Shown: one piece after another, positions 23,650 to 35,789 of the stretch
Layout: each line of letters opens with the position of its first letter
Numbering within the stretch: the first letter of the stretch is position 1
From: Octopus sinensis
Lineage: Eukaryota
DNA length: 64,000 bases
NCBI RefSeq assembly: GCF_006345805.1
Contig: NC_043001.1
Location: forward strand, 104,036,001-104,100,000
Reading direction: 5' to 3'
Translations under genes and position numbers: made by a program
Notes under the pieces: generated by a model
What the model saw: the letters and a program-made list of their open reading frames with translations, nothing else
Told to the model about the DNA's origin: nothing
The model's database searches: none

Positions 23650-24120
23650 TTGTACATACATACATACACACATACATACAATCATACATACATACATACA
23701 TACATACATACATACATACATACATACATACATACATACATGCATGCATGCATACATACATACATATAGAAAACACGTAGTAGTGTCTAAATGGTTTATG
23801 CTCTATGTAAATATATACGCATGCGTATATGTATATATTTAATATACATATTTGTGTCTATATTACATGTGTGTGTTTGTGTGTTTGCATGTGTGTATAT
23901 CTATCTTTATGTACCTGTCTATCTTTCTCTCTGTCTGTCTATCTAACTATATCTTTCTCTATCTATCTTTATCTATCTTTATGTATCTATCTATCTATCT
24001 ATTTACCTATCTATCTTTATCTATCTTTATGTATCTATCTATCTATCTATCTATCCATCTATCTATCTATCTATTTACCTATCTATCTTTATGTATCTAT
24101 CTAGCTATCTATCTTTGTCT
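23650..24120. repeat. (TACA)n and (TCTA)n microsatellite cluster
   Basis: Direct reading. Confidence 0.9.
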
Positions 24121-24224
24121 CTCTCTCCATCCATCATTTGAGCACTACTGTGTATTTTCGATACTGTTCATATCTCGGTCTCGCCTATTGTCTGTATACA
24201 TATAGATACATACATATATAAATA

Positions 24225-24640
24225 TAGGCTGTGTGGTAAGTAGCTTGCTTCCCAGTCACATAGTTTGGGGTTCACTCCCACTGCGTGGCACCCTGGGCAA
24301 GTGTCTTCTACTATAGCCTCGAGCCGACTATTGCCTTGTCAGTTAATTGGTAGGCGGAAACTGAAATAAGACCGTCGAATGTGTGTGTGTGTGTGCGTGT
24401 GTGTGTGTGTGTGTATGTGTGTGTGTGTGTGTGTGTATTTGTGAGTTTGTGTTTCTCTCCCCACCATCACTTGGCACCGCTGTTGGTGTGTTTACGTCCC
24501 CGTAACTTGGCGCTTCGTTAAAAGAGACGGATAAAATATGTGCGGGGCTTACAAAGAATACGTCCCGGGTTCTATTTATTCGACTAAAGGTGGTGCTCCA
24601 GGATGGCCACATTCAAATGACTGAAGCAAGTAACAGAAAA
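24225..24640 (+). mobile_element. SINE group A with internal (GT)n
   Basis: Head, (GT)n 24380-24436, tail. Confidence 0.85.
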
Positions 24641-25194
24641 AAATTTGTGTGTGTTTGTATACATACACACACACACACACACTCATATATATATATATAT
24701 ATATATTTATATTTATGTGTGTATGTGTAAACGTGTATATATATATGTGTTTATATATATGTATATATATATGTGTGTGTATGTGTGAATGGGTGTCTGT
24801 GGGGGAGTGTATATGCGTACATTCGAATATGAGACACCCACTCCATACAAAACCATCCGACTATGCTCACACACGACGCACTTCAATCATCCATAAAGTC
24901 AATCAACCGTAAATAGAAGTGAAACGCTAAACGAACCGGTTCACTCGCACCACCATAGACACACACTCACACACAAACACAGCTCTTTTGAATGCATCGT
25001 TGATCTTATAGAAAATTGATTTATTTTTCCTGCCTTACATTAACAAACCAAACTCAGTCGAAACTTTTCAAAACTTCTCATCTTATCTGTTGTCTGCAGC
25101 GAACTTCATCCGGGCTTTTCGTCGGTTGTTTTTTTTTTTTGTCTCTTTTTCATTTCTTTTATCTCTTTATTCTTGCAACGAGCAATCTATCTTT

Positions 25195-25457
25195 TATCTT
25201 ATCTTTCACTTGTTTTAACCATTGGACTGTGGCCATACTGGTGCACCACCCAGAATCATTTTTAGTCGGGCGAATCGACCCCAGTATACTGGTTTTTTTT
25301 CTAAGCTTGGCACTTATTCTATCGGTTCTTTTGCCGAACCGCTAAGTTACGGGGAAGTAAACACACCAGCACCGGTTGTGTCTGTGTTTGTCCCTCCACC
25401 GGTGGGGGGGGACAAACAGAGACACAAAAACACATACATACACACATACATATATAT

Positions 25458-25517
<60 letters not shown>

Positions 25518-25710
25518 GGCGGACTTCTTTCAGTTTCCATCTACCGAATCTACTCACAAGGTTTTTCTCGGCTAGAAGCTATTGTGGGAGACAATATACC
25601 CAGAAGATGCAATCATTTCTGATCAAATATTTTCTAACATATACACGAATCGCGCTGCTGAACTCGGTACCCTTTGGTTGAGAAGCACACGCCTTACCAC
25701 AGAGCCACTC
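25195..25710 (-). mobile_element. SINE group A with internal (TA)n and a foreign ~56-bp replacement in the head
   Basis: Tail, (TA)n 25448-25515, head interrupted at 25602-25657. Confidence 0.8.
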
Positions 25711-26128
25711 CTGCTACTATTAACCTTCGAATTCAACAATTTTTGTTTCAGCAGCATTTTTAAAACGAATTTTCAATTATTAAGAGTAATCTTTAAAATA
25801 TTTGGACAATATTTTGTAATTAATAATAACATGCAAATAGCATTCTGTTGTTAATTAACAGATCGAGATTAACGTTGTAAGTTAGCTAATCACTAAATTT
25901 GTTTTATGCTATAGTTAACGTAAAAATCCATATATAGGCACGGGCGTGTCTGTGTGTTAAGAACTTTTTGCGTTCCAGCCACATGGTTCCGAGTTCAGTC
26001 TCACTGCATAGCCTCAAGCCAAACGAACCCTTGTGTGTGGGTTTGGTTGAGGAAAACTGGAAGCCCGACGCGTGTACATACATACATACATACATACATA
26101 CATACATACATACATACACACATATATA

Positions 26129-26208
<80 letters not shown>

Positions 26209-26299
26209 AACTTACTTGGAAAAGGATGCGTGGCATTCGATCATATAATAATATAAATAATAATCACTCTGCCATCTGCTCTTTACTTGATGGATTATA

Positions 26300-26470
26300 T
26301 TGGTTTCAAATTTTGGCACAAGGCCAACAGGTTCGGAGAAAAGGGTGGACAAATCGATCACGTCGATCCGTGTGCTGAAGCGATACTTATTTTATCGACC
26401 CCTAAAAAGATGAAAGGCAAAGTCGGCGGAATTTGAACTCAGAACATAAAGACTCTGCTATCTCGCCGTC
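26300..26470 (-). mobile_element. SINE group B, partial
   Basis: TTTTGGCACAAGGCC...GATGAAAGGCAAAGTCGGCGGAATTTGAACTCAG. Confidence 0.7.
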
Positions 26471-26839
26471 TTTACCTGATGAATAATCTTACAAAGATTC
26501 CATTGTTTTTAGTCGCAAATATGTCGAGCCACAAGTGATATCTTGCAGAGAAAGGCGCTGACAAAATATTCGAAGCTTCTGGTCAAATTATGAACAGAAC
26601 CTTAAGCAATTATTGAAAATAAATAACAATAAAATTAGAATTCATAGTGAATAAGAACTTAATAATGAGATGCAGTAGTTAGCAATTTGGAATAGTGTAA
26701 ATATTATTTTTAAAACAGCTTTTTCACAGCTTCAAGTGTTAGGCGACCAGATGTTTCTGTGTGAAACACACAGTTTGATATACAATAGAAGACTCAGTTT
26801 TATATATTTTTAATTAGAAATTAATTAGGAGAATGTAAA

Positions 26840-27160
26840 GTCATGTGGTTTAGTAGTTAGGATATTTGATCGACGATCCTAAAGTCGTGAGTTCAATTCT
26901 CAGCGGCGCGTTGTGTCCTTGAGCAAGACACTTTATTTCACGTTTCTCCGGTCCATTCAGCTGGCAAAAATGAGTTACACCTGTATTTCAAAGGGCCAGT
27001 CTTGTCACATTCTGTGTCATATTGACTCTCCCTAAGAATTGCGTTAAGGGTACGCGAGTCTGTGGAGCGCTTAGCCACCTGCACGTGAATTTCACGAGCA
27101 GGCTGTTCTGTTCATCGGTTCAACTGGAACACTCGTCATTGTGACCAATGTGACGCCAGT
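26840..27160 (+). mobile_element. tRNA-derived SINE, group C
   Basis: A-box-like TGGTTTAGTAGTTAG, B box GAGTTCAATTC, central GTCCTTGAGCAAGACACTTTA. Confidence 0.75.
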
Positions 27161-27351
27161 TTTTGAAGGCTGAGAATATTTCTGTCTAGTAATTCATCGA
27201 CGAAAATATATCGAGGTGTACCTTAACTCTACTGAGATATTTATCTTCAAGAGAATTTACTTTCCCCGAATACAAAGTTGAATAAAAATTAGGAAAGAAC
27301 AACAGAGCAATTAACACCTTTCGTCCGGAAAAGTCAACATAGAGGCAGGAA

Positions 27352-27425
27352 TGTCTTCTATTGCCTCGGGCTGACCAAAGCCTTGTGAGGGGATTTGGTA
27401 GCCGGAAACTGAAAGAAGCCCGTCG

Positions 27426-27462
<37 letters not shown>

Positions 27463-27665
27463 GTTTCTTTGTGTCTGTATTTATCCCCCATCACAACTCG
27501 ACAATCAGTGTTGATCTGTTTACGCCCCCACCCCATAACTTAACGGTTCGACCTAAGAGAACGATAGAATACGTACCGGGCTTAATAGAACACATATTGT
27601 AGGTTCGATTCGTTCGATGACCCATCATGGCCGCAGTCTAAGGGCTGAAACAAGAAAAAGAATGA
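27352..27665 (+). mobile_element. SINE group A, 5'-truncated
   Basis: GGGCTGACCAAAGCCTTGTGAGGGGATTTGG through CATGGCCGCAGTC. Confidence 0.8.
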
Positions 27666-27735
27666 AAGATAAACAGAGTAAAATACAGTAGTACCTCGGT
27701 TTTCGGACGCCTTTGATCACGAATACATCATGCTT

Positions 27736-27797
<62 letters not shown>

Positions 27798-27798
<1 letters not shown>

Positions 27799-28350
27799 TG
27801 CCCTGATGCAGTACCAGGCAGTGACTCTCATGGCTTCTGATCTTAACTGATTGGAAGTGTTATCATGTACATTGTTCTGTCTTGGTATAAAAGATGGGCT
27901 ACAGCAAATATTCTGCTCAATACCACAGATTTGCTTGTCAGTTGTTTGACCTTAACCAGTTGAGCATCTCCCTTAGTGGCTGACGATATGTACATCTCTG
28001 ATCAAGAGCAGAAGTAGTGGGGGAGCATCATAGCCATGTGTTGAGAGGGATTCTTTGGGGTTTGAATAATTCACCTCTGGAGATATGGGTGGTTTTTTCA
28101 ACATCCTTAAACAACCCTTATTCAGGGACCGTTTGAGGGGATGGACTACTCAACCTGAAGAAAATTCTAACTGGGCCCCACCTGCAAGGTCATGTGCAGT
28201 TTATCTTGATATGAGATCACCATGTCGCACACATATGGTTGTGATGCATTGCCTGGTGTGCCCTTATCAGACGGGTAGTCATGATGGGTATATTGGGCTT
28301 CGTATATTTTACCCCAGTGTCACTTTGATGGCATGAACTGCTCTCTCACT
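27798..28350 (+). mobile_element. ~550-bp non-coding interspersed element inserted in an (AAT)n tract
   Basis: Flanked by (AAT)n on both sides (27741-27797, 28351-28656); its 3' end recurs at 60822-60911, also in (AAT)n. Confidence 0.7.
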
Positions 28351-28379
28351 CAATAATAATAATAACAATAATAATAAAA

Positions 28380-28428
<49 letters not shown>

Positions 28429-28435
28429 GCAATAA

Positions 28436-28467
<32 letters not shown>

Positions 28468-28484
28468 TAATAATAATAATAATG

Positions 28485-28527
<43 letters not shown>

Positions 28528-28656
28528 TAATAAAAAAAAATTTTAAATAATAATAATAATAATAATAGTAATGACAATAATGATAATGACAATAATAATA
28601 ATAACGACAATAATAATAATGACAATAATAATAATAATAATGATAATAATAATAAT
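28351..28656. repeat. (AAT)n microsatellite, interrupted
   Basis: Direct reading. Confidence 0.95.
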
Positions 28657-29065
28657 GAGAAAGGTTTGCAGTTTAGAAAGAAAACGGAAATATCTTTCCA
28701 AAGAAGAAATGATTAGGAAATGAGTGCGATGGAGCAGAGTGGTAGAAACACGGGGATAGTAGACTAAATGCCTACCAGCGTTTCGTTTTATCCGTTGAAG
28801 CTCTTCTTTTCGGTTTTGATCGACTTCCTTCTTTATTCCTCTAGTTCAGATGAAAGAAATGACAATCACATCCCGGACTCACTTGAGTCGATTCTACTTT
28901 TTATCCTCAAACGATTAGTTTTGTCAAGAAATAATTAGCAGCAAAAGAAATATTGTTCCATCGGAGGTGAGTATCGAACTGTTTGTGCAGTAAGTAATTT
29001 TGGGAGGCACCTAGAAGATGCAATCATTTCTGATCAAATATTTTCTAACATATACACGAATCGCA

Positions 29066-29410
29066 CTGCTGATTTCTTCCGCAAAATCGGGACAACTGCG
29101 GCCCACCTGAGAAATGAACCCCGCGAAGAGGGTGACCTCTGCAGCGAATGTCGCTAGCCATTGTCTGCGGCAATGTCTTTGCATTATGTCCGCGAGACGC
29201 TGCTAAACACGCCACTTTTTCTGGGGCGTACAGCCCGATACCCTTCCTCCATCTTTTTCTGTTAGCACCCCCGCCATCGTTTTTTTTTTTCTTTTTCTTT
29301 GTTTCCTTGATGAGGTAATTATGGATCTTTTTCTCGATAATTTGGTCTTTTATATTTTCAATGTATTTTTTCTCTCTTTTCTTCCTGTAAAAATATGACG
29401 TTAATAAAAT
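29066..29410 (+). mobile_element. 3' end of a CRE-like non-LTR retrotransposon
   Basis: ADFFRKIG...EPRE...(frameshift) QRMSLAIVCGNVFAL resembles the CRE-clade terminal motif FLxxLG...QRLSxAIxRGNA; T-rich 3' UTR ending in AATAAA (29403-29408); related copy at 58645-58890. Confidence 0.6.
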
Positions 29411-30194
29411 CCAATTATAATACGGATTCAGACTGAATCCGTATCATAATTTGATTGATTTATAAAATTATTTGTTAGCATAGTTGGGTCTTAATACAGT
29501 GGAACAATATGAAATTCTCAGAATTCATTTCAGCATTATTTTCTAAAACTAAAGCTTAGTTTTAAAGAAATCATTATATTATTTTCTTTCATCTACTAAT
29601 CTGGTTTTCATTGATAATTAATAAAAAGATCACTGCACTCCATTTAATATATTTAATAAAAACAGATGTGGCAGCGAGTTAAAGCGATAAGTCGCCTACT
29701 TTAACCCTACTAATTCATTGTTTCTGAGGAAATTCTTACGGAGATGAAGCGTAGAGTCGATTAAAGTGAACCCAGCATCGGACTGACACTTGTTTTATCT
29801 ACGCCGAAGGAAGCCGATCAAAATTTCATAAGAGCTTAAAGGAACGAAACAAAATATGGGCAGGTATTTATTAGAATGTTAATAATCTGGCGTTTCTCTC
29901 ACCAAACCAGTCTCGTTTGATAATGATTTCTTTTTTGGAGAAACGGTTCGTTTTCTTTGGGTTTTTTTCATAAGATGTCAGTGGTGATGCATATATTAAT
30001 ACGATAGTACATTCTTAACTATCCTTTGTATCTCACTAACTCGAATAGAGAAAGATGCACACTGAGAGTGACATAGAGGAAATGAGACAAAGGGAGAGGG
30101 AGAGGGAGAAAGAGAGGAATAGTCAGAGATAGAGTAGATGGATGAATAAAGACAGAGAGAGGGGGGGAAACAGAAATAGTGTTAACATCCACTA

Positions 30195-32451
30195 AATTTC
30201 TATGCTTTTACCAATCTTAGGAAGTAATTGTTAGAAATATTTTGAAATTAAACTGGATAATAAGAGCATATTTCAACGAATCGGTTTTAATTAGACGCAA
30301 ACATTTACAAGAAATAAGGAAAAAGAGAAGTTCAGTCAGTACACTGGCTTTTAAAATATTTCCCCTATTATTTCACTGGTTGTTCATTGTATTCCGATCT
30401 ACACAAACTGATTATATATTCAACACATGCAAACGTGCGTGATTCCAACTCGAATCTGCACAATTGTCCGAATGAATATCAGCTAAACGTTTGATCTTTT
30501 GGCATCATAACCATTCACCTGTCTATTAACCACTCCATAATGTTTTATTTAACTAGGCACAATGGGTTTCTCTGTTTCAATGGTTGGTGGTAATGCTAGT
30601 GGCATTCAATGAGAAGTAGTGGCTTTAATCACTTAATGAAACACATTAAATTCGTAAGTTTGAAAAAGAAGAATACCTTCAACTGTCAATCAAAAACCGA
30701 TCTATGCCTTTACCTCTTCCCTCTCTCTCTCTCTGGCTTTAGTATATTACTCCCATTATGCTAATCAACTTGTGCAAATACAGTGTTAAAACATTGATAA
30801 TGTTTTATGTTAAATTGCTAATGGTTCAACAACGCTTAAGAGCGGATTTGTTTCCTAACAATAAGCGGTTTGGGTGGGTATCGAACGATGATAGTGTCAG
30901 GCTGTTGTCCGTATAGTTGTTGTTGATGTTAATGATGCAAGTGATATGCGTTTTAGTGTTTTATTTATAAAAAAAATCATTAATAAATATTTAGATATCT
31001 GTTGATAATAAAAAAAAAAGAGAAGGAACAACATCAGATTATGTTTCCATGAACATCATAATTAAGTTAACAGCATAAATGATCTCTCTTAAAACAAGCG
31101 TTAAGATGCTTTCGGATATTTTCCTGGACCCTGTCAACTGAAACTCGAATAATCGAGCTAATTGTGTACAGCAATCCTGCAACTCAATTCCATTTTTTAT
31201 GAAATTTTAATGAAATATATACCGGGATTTCTTTGTCAAATCGCTTATCTTTAGTTCTTCGATGATAACTGAAGATAAAGATGGAGAACTGAGATAGAAG
31301 GAGTTGCGAAAATAAAAATAAAACGATTCTAAAATGTTAAACGAGTCTAGTGAGTGGGATTATCTTTTTTGCTTTATTAATCTAGTGATTATCTCTTTAT
31401 ATTGCGGCAATGAAATTCAAAACAAATTATTCTGATGAGAGGACATGACTACCACAGGTAATTTAACTGCCTCATAGATTGAACTGGGTTCAACAACCCA
31501 CTTCTTTTGCTTGTTATATTACAGGCCATTAAGTAGAACAGAGAGGGAGAAAAAGAAACTGTCTGACTCGTTTACGAAACAACCATTCGCGATCAATGTC
31601 CAATAATTAGATTCTGAAAGTGTCACGTAGCAAGGGTTATCAACAGATATCTAAATATTTATTAATGATTTCTTTTATAAATAAAACACTAAAACGCATA
31701 TCACTTGCATCATTAACATCAACAACAACTATACGGACAACAGCCTGACACTATCATCGTTCGATACCCACCCAAACTGCTTATTGTTAGGAAACAAATC
31801 CGCTCTTAAGCGTTGTTGAACCATTAGCAATTTAACATAAAACATTATCAATGTTTTAACACTGTATTTGCACAAGTTGATTAGCATAATGGGAGTAATA
31901 TACTAAAGCCAGAGAGAGAGAGAGGGAAGAGGTAAAGGCATAGATCGGTTTTTGATTGACAGTTGAAGGTATTTCTTCTTTTTCAAACTTACGAATTTAA
32001 TGTGTTTCATTAAGTGATTAAAGCCACTACTTCTCATTGAATGCCACTAGCATTACCACCAACCATTGAAACAGAGAAACCCATTGTGCCTAGTTAAATA
32101 AAACATTATGGAGTGGTTAATAGACAGGTGAATGGTTATGATGCCAAAAGATCAAACGTTTAGCTGATATTCATTCGGACAATTGTGCAGATTCGAGTTG
32201 GAATCACGCACGTTTGCATGTGTTGAATATATAATCAGTTTGTGTAGATCGGAATACAATGAACAACCAGTGAAATAATAGGGGAAATATTTTAAAAGCC
32301 AGTGTACTGACTGAACTTCTCTTTTTCCTTATTTCTTGTAAATGTTTGCGTCTAATTAAAACCGATTCGTTGAAATATGCTCTTATTATCCAGTTTAATT
32401 TCAAAATATTTCTAACAATTACTTTCTAAGATTGGTAAAAGCATAGAAATT
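30195..32451. repeat. Long near-perfect inverted repeat, arms 30195-31008 and 31637-32451, 628-bp spacer
   Basis: Arm comparison shows 3 substitutions and one 1-bp indel; identical 66-aa ORFs on opposite strands in the track (30242+, 32204-). Confidence 0.97.
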
Positions 32452-32806
32452 GGTTGAAGTCGATTAACTGTACTCCAGTTCATTTCTGTTACTGTTTTAT
32501 GAAACTCGGAATATAAAATGCAAGATCGAATGTGATTTTAACATGTATTACTGCATATCGTTTAATCTGCTTGATTATCTGATTAGCTAATATTAACTAT
32601 TAGATGTATCAAAAAAGAAATACACACACTCCAAGGAGTGTACATGTAGCTGTTGTCTAGAGAATAAGAACATTATTACATTCGGTTTAGAAATAAATGT
32701 TCCTAATCTAAATCTAATTAGAGACAATTTGCACATCCAAGAATAAGAAACCTGACGATGATCAGAAAGAAAACTGAACGAATCTGAGAGTATTGATGTA
32801 TATGTG

Positions 32807-32851
<45 letters not shown>

Positions 32852-32920
32852 AATAATACATAGTATGTGTGTGTGTGTGTGTGCGCGTGTGTGTGTGTGT
32901 GTGTGTGCGTGCGTGTGTGC

Positions 32921-33544
32921 ATATATGGGTACAAGACATCACCAACGGTTCAAACATGAAATACGTAAACAAACGGATTAAATACATAAACAACGAGAAA
33001 AAAAAGGAGAATAGGACAAGTAAAAACAGTGAAAAACAGTTGTTGGCTGACTATCTACTCCTCATTTCGAGCATTCAACGACAATATTGGGCTTCAAAGA
33101 CAGATGCTCCCATAAATTCTAAAAACAATTTGGGATTTCTAGAAGGTCAAAGATGGGAACAAAAACAGGACAGTTGAGACATACAAGGAAACCGAACGAA
33201 AATAAACATGGAGGGTCGCTAGACCAGAACGAGAGGAAAATAGTTTATCTTCGTTCGGTTTCCTTGTATGTCTCCACTGTCTTGTTTTTGTTCCCAGCTT
33301 TGACCCTCCATAAATCCTAAATTTTATTTTAGAATTTGTGGGACTAGAATTTGTGGGACTTTGAAGACTCATATTGTCGTTGAATAAGCGAAATGAGGAG
33401 CAGATAGACAGCCGACAACTGATGAAGGGTCCTTTCTCTGTGTTTGCTTGTCTTGTTTTCCATTTTTACTCGTTGTTTATGTATTTAACCCATTTGTTCA
33501 GGTATTTCATGTTTGAAACGTTGGTGACGTCCTGTGCCCATATA
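32921..33544. repeat. Imperfect palindrome (arms ~32921-33207 and 33243-33544, 35-nt loop), Penelope pLTR-like
   Basis: GAGACATACAAGGAAACCGAACGAAAATAAAC pairs with GTTTATCTTCGTTCGGTTTCCTTGTATGTCTC; outer arms more diverged; flanked by (GT)n and (TA)n; CTGATGA at 33419-33425 and GAAACGTTGGTGACGTC at 33515-33531. Confidence 0.8.
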
Positions 33545-33642
33545 GCATGTATATATATATATATATATATTATTTACTATTTATTATTTAATTGAACGCC
33601 ACAATTCCATTTCCGAGTAAGTTTATATATATAAATATACAG

Positions 33643-33679
<37 letters not shown>

Positions 33680-34899
33680 TGTGTACGGCAAGAGATAATA
33701 TTTGCCTCTTTTATGGAGACAAAAGTTTATAAGACTGCAAACATGCTTTAGAATTTTTAGATAAAAAGGTGGAGAGTAAATAAGATAGATGATAGCTGCT
33801 ACGTGAATTTTGGTTTTATCAAGAAAGTGTCCAAGTAGACATTACAAAATAATTGATTCATAGGAAAAGTAAAATCATGTATAACTGATGTTTTTTTTTT
33901 TATAACCTACTCCCGGTGGTTTGTATTTTTTAATAAATGAACTTTCCTTCTTAATTCTTGATTGGTCTGAAGTATTGTCTGCACATTAATAGAATGGTAA
34001 GATAAGAAATTTGGAAGATTTGGTTTTCGCGCGTGTGTCCAAATGTTCAAACTAAATGGAATCTGTGTTGTGAAATATGTAGCGCTTGTGACATATGTAA
34101 AAAATAAAATATCTTCAGAACTGCACGAAACGAAATCACCACAAAAATTACTACAATAAGGACAGATGTGCCTATCGCAGTTAATGCGACTTCTCAATAT
34201 CCCAATGGCGTGTCACTTCCGAAAAGAGACCGAATCAGTCAGTCTGAAATATATAGAGACTGTGTATAAAGAAAATACACGGATTGCAATGTTGGCTGAA
34301 AATACTCCGAAAAATGCAATAGAAGCGACTCTGAAGTAAAATTATGTCTATATGACTGACTTAATGTACCGTGTATCGTTGAAAAGCTAGAAGCTGCAGT
34401 TTTCTCTGAGAAAAAGTCTTATAAACCTGTTGTGTTTAAAAACACAATAAAGTTCGGAGTTAGACGAGACAAGTCAGCTGAGATATTTAGATATTAATTC
34501 ATCAATCATAGATCTTTTCATCAAACATACAAGTAACAAAATACTATAAATCTGAATAAAGAAAATATCTCAAATATCTAAAACACTAAATATTATTTAC
34601 TCACATTGGAATAAAGTGGGAAGTAGGATATCTTTTGAATCGTCTCAATGTATTACTGGTATTAATTTTATTGATCTAAGGAGAATAACATACGAAAATG
34701 ATCTGCGGCGGGATTAAAGCTCATACCGTAAAAGTGGTGGACCTAAATACCACAAGTAACATACAGTCTATGCCATTGCCCTGGCTTTGTCTTAACAAGT
34801 ATTAAAAATGAATTATTTATACTGGCTTCTTTCATAAAATAACTATAAGCTTTACATAAAAACACTCTAACAATTACGTATTTTTCTACAACTGGCATA

Positions 34900-35090
34900 A
34901 GACCTGTAAGTTTGGAGAAGGAGGCTAAGTCGATTACATGGCTCCAGTGCCCATGTGCTACTTATTTTATCGACCCCGAAAGGATGAAAGGCAAAGTCAG
35001 CCTAGTAGAATTTGAGCGCAGAACGTGAAGACGGAGGAATGCTGGCAAACATTTCGCTCGGCGTTCTAACAATTCTGCCAGAACGCCGTA
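34900..35090 (-). mobile_element. SINE group B
   Basis: ATCGACCCCGAAAGGATGAAAGGCAAAGTC...TTCTGCCAG. Confidence 0.8.
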
Positions 35091-35789
35091 TTAATCATAT
35101 ATGTATGTAATTAACCAAAAAAAAACAGAGAAAAAAACAACGTGAGGACGTGGTATATGTAAAGTATTAATAAGACGCTCAGAGAAGGAAAGAGTGGTTG
35201 TTTTACATTTCGAACAAAGCTCTTGTTCGGAAACAGGAAACATAAGAAAGTCCAAAAGAAAAGGAAGGAGGAGGGAAAATATCGCCAACAGTCCACGTAT
35301 AGTCACATTTTGGAATGACCGGAAGTATATGGACAAAGAGAAAGTGCTTTCTAGGACAGGAGAGTGTGAAGAATGGCTGATAGCTGTATGTATGGTTGGG
35401 TATGTGTTCGTGTATGTTCGGTGGCATGTGTGTGAGTGATAGCGTGTGTGTACGGCAGCGTGTATGTATGGCAGTAACTGAGTGTGTGTTTGTGCGTGGT
35501 GGTGATGGTGTATATTTGTGATGCCATGTGTATAATGTAACGTGCGTGTGTCTACGTAGTAGCGTGTATGTGTGTGTGGTGTGTATGGTATTAACTGTTC
35601 ACATGTTTTTTTATGTGATTGGTCTGTGTGTCTGTAAATTTCGTAGTGAGAGGTCAGCAGCTATGGTGACAAATGCATGTGTGGGTGGTTGTGTGTTTTT
35701 GAAGATGTGCATAGACAGGATGGTCAGTGGTAGCAGGAGCAGTAGAAGGGAGGAAGAGAGGGAGTCTGAAGGGTGTGTCAGTGGGTAGG

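Noticed and set aside
27798-27860. U2 snRNA similarity (TGCAGTACC)
   Set aside because: Only a 9-nt match; no Sm site or U2 5' domain.
30242-30442. Duplicated 66-aa protein gene (also 32204-32404)
   Set aside because: TTG start, no recognisable motif; the duplication is simply the inverted repeat.
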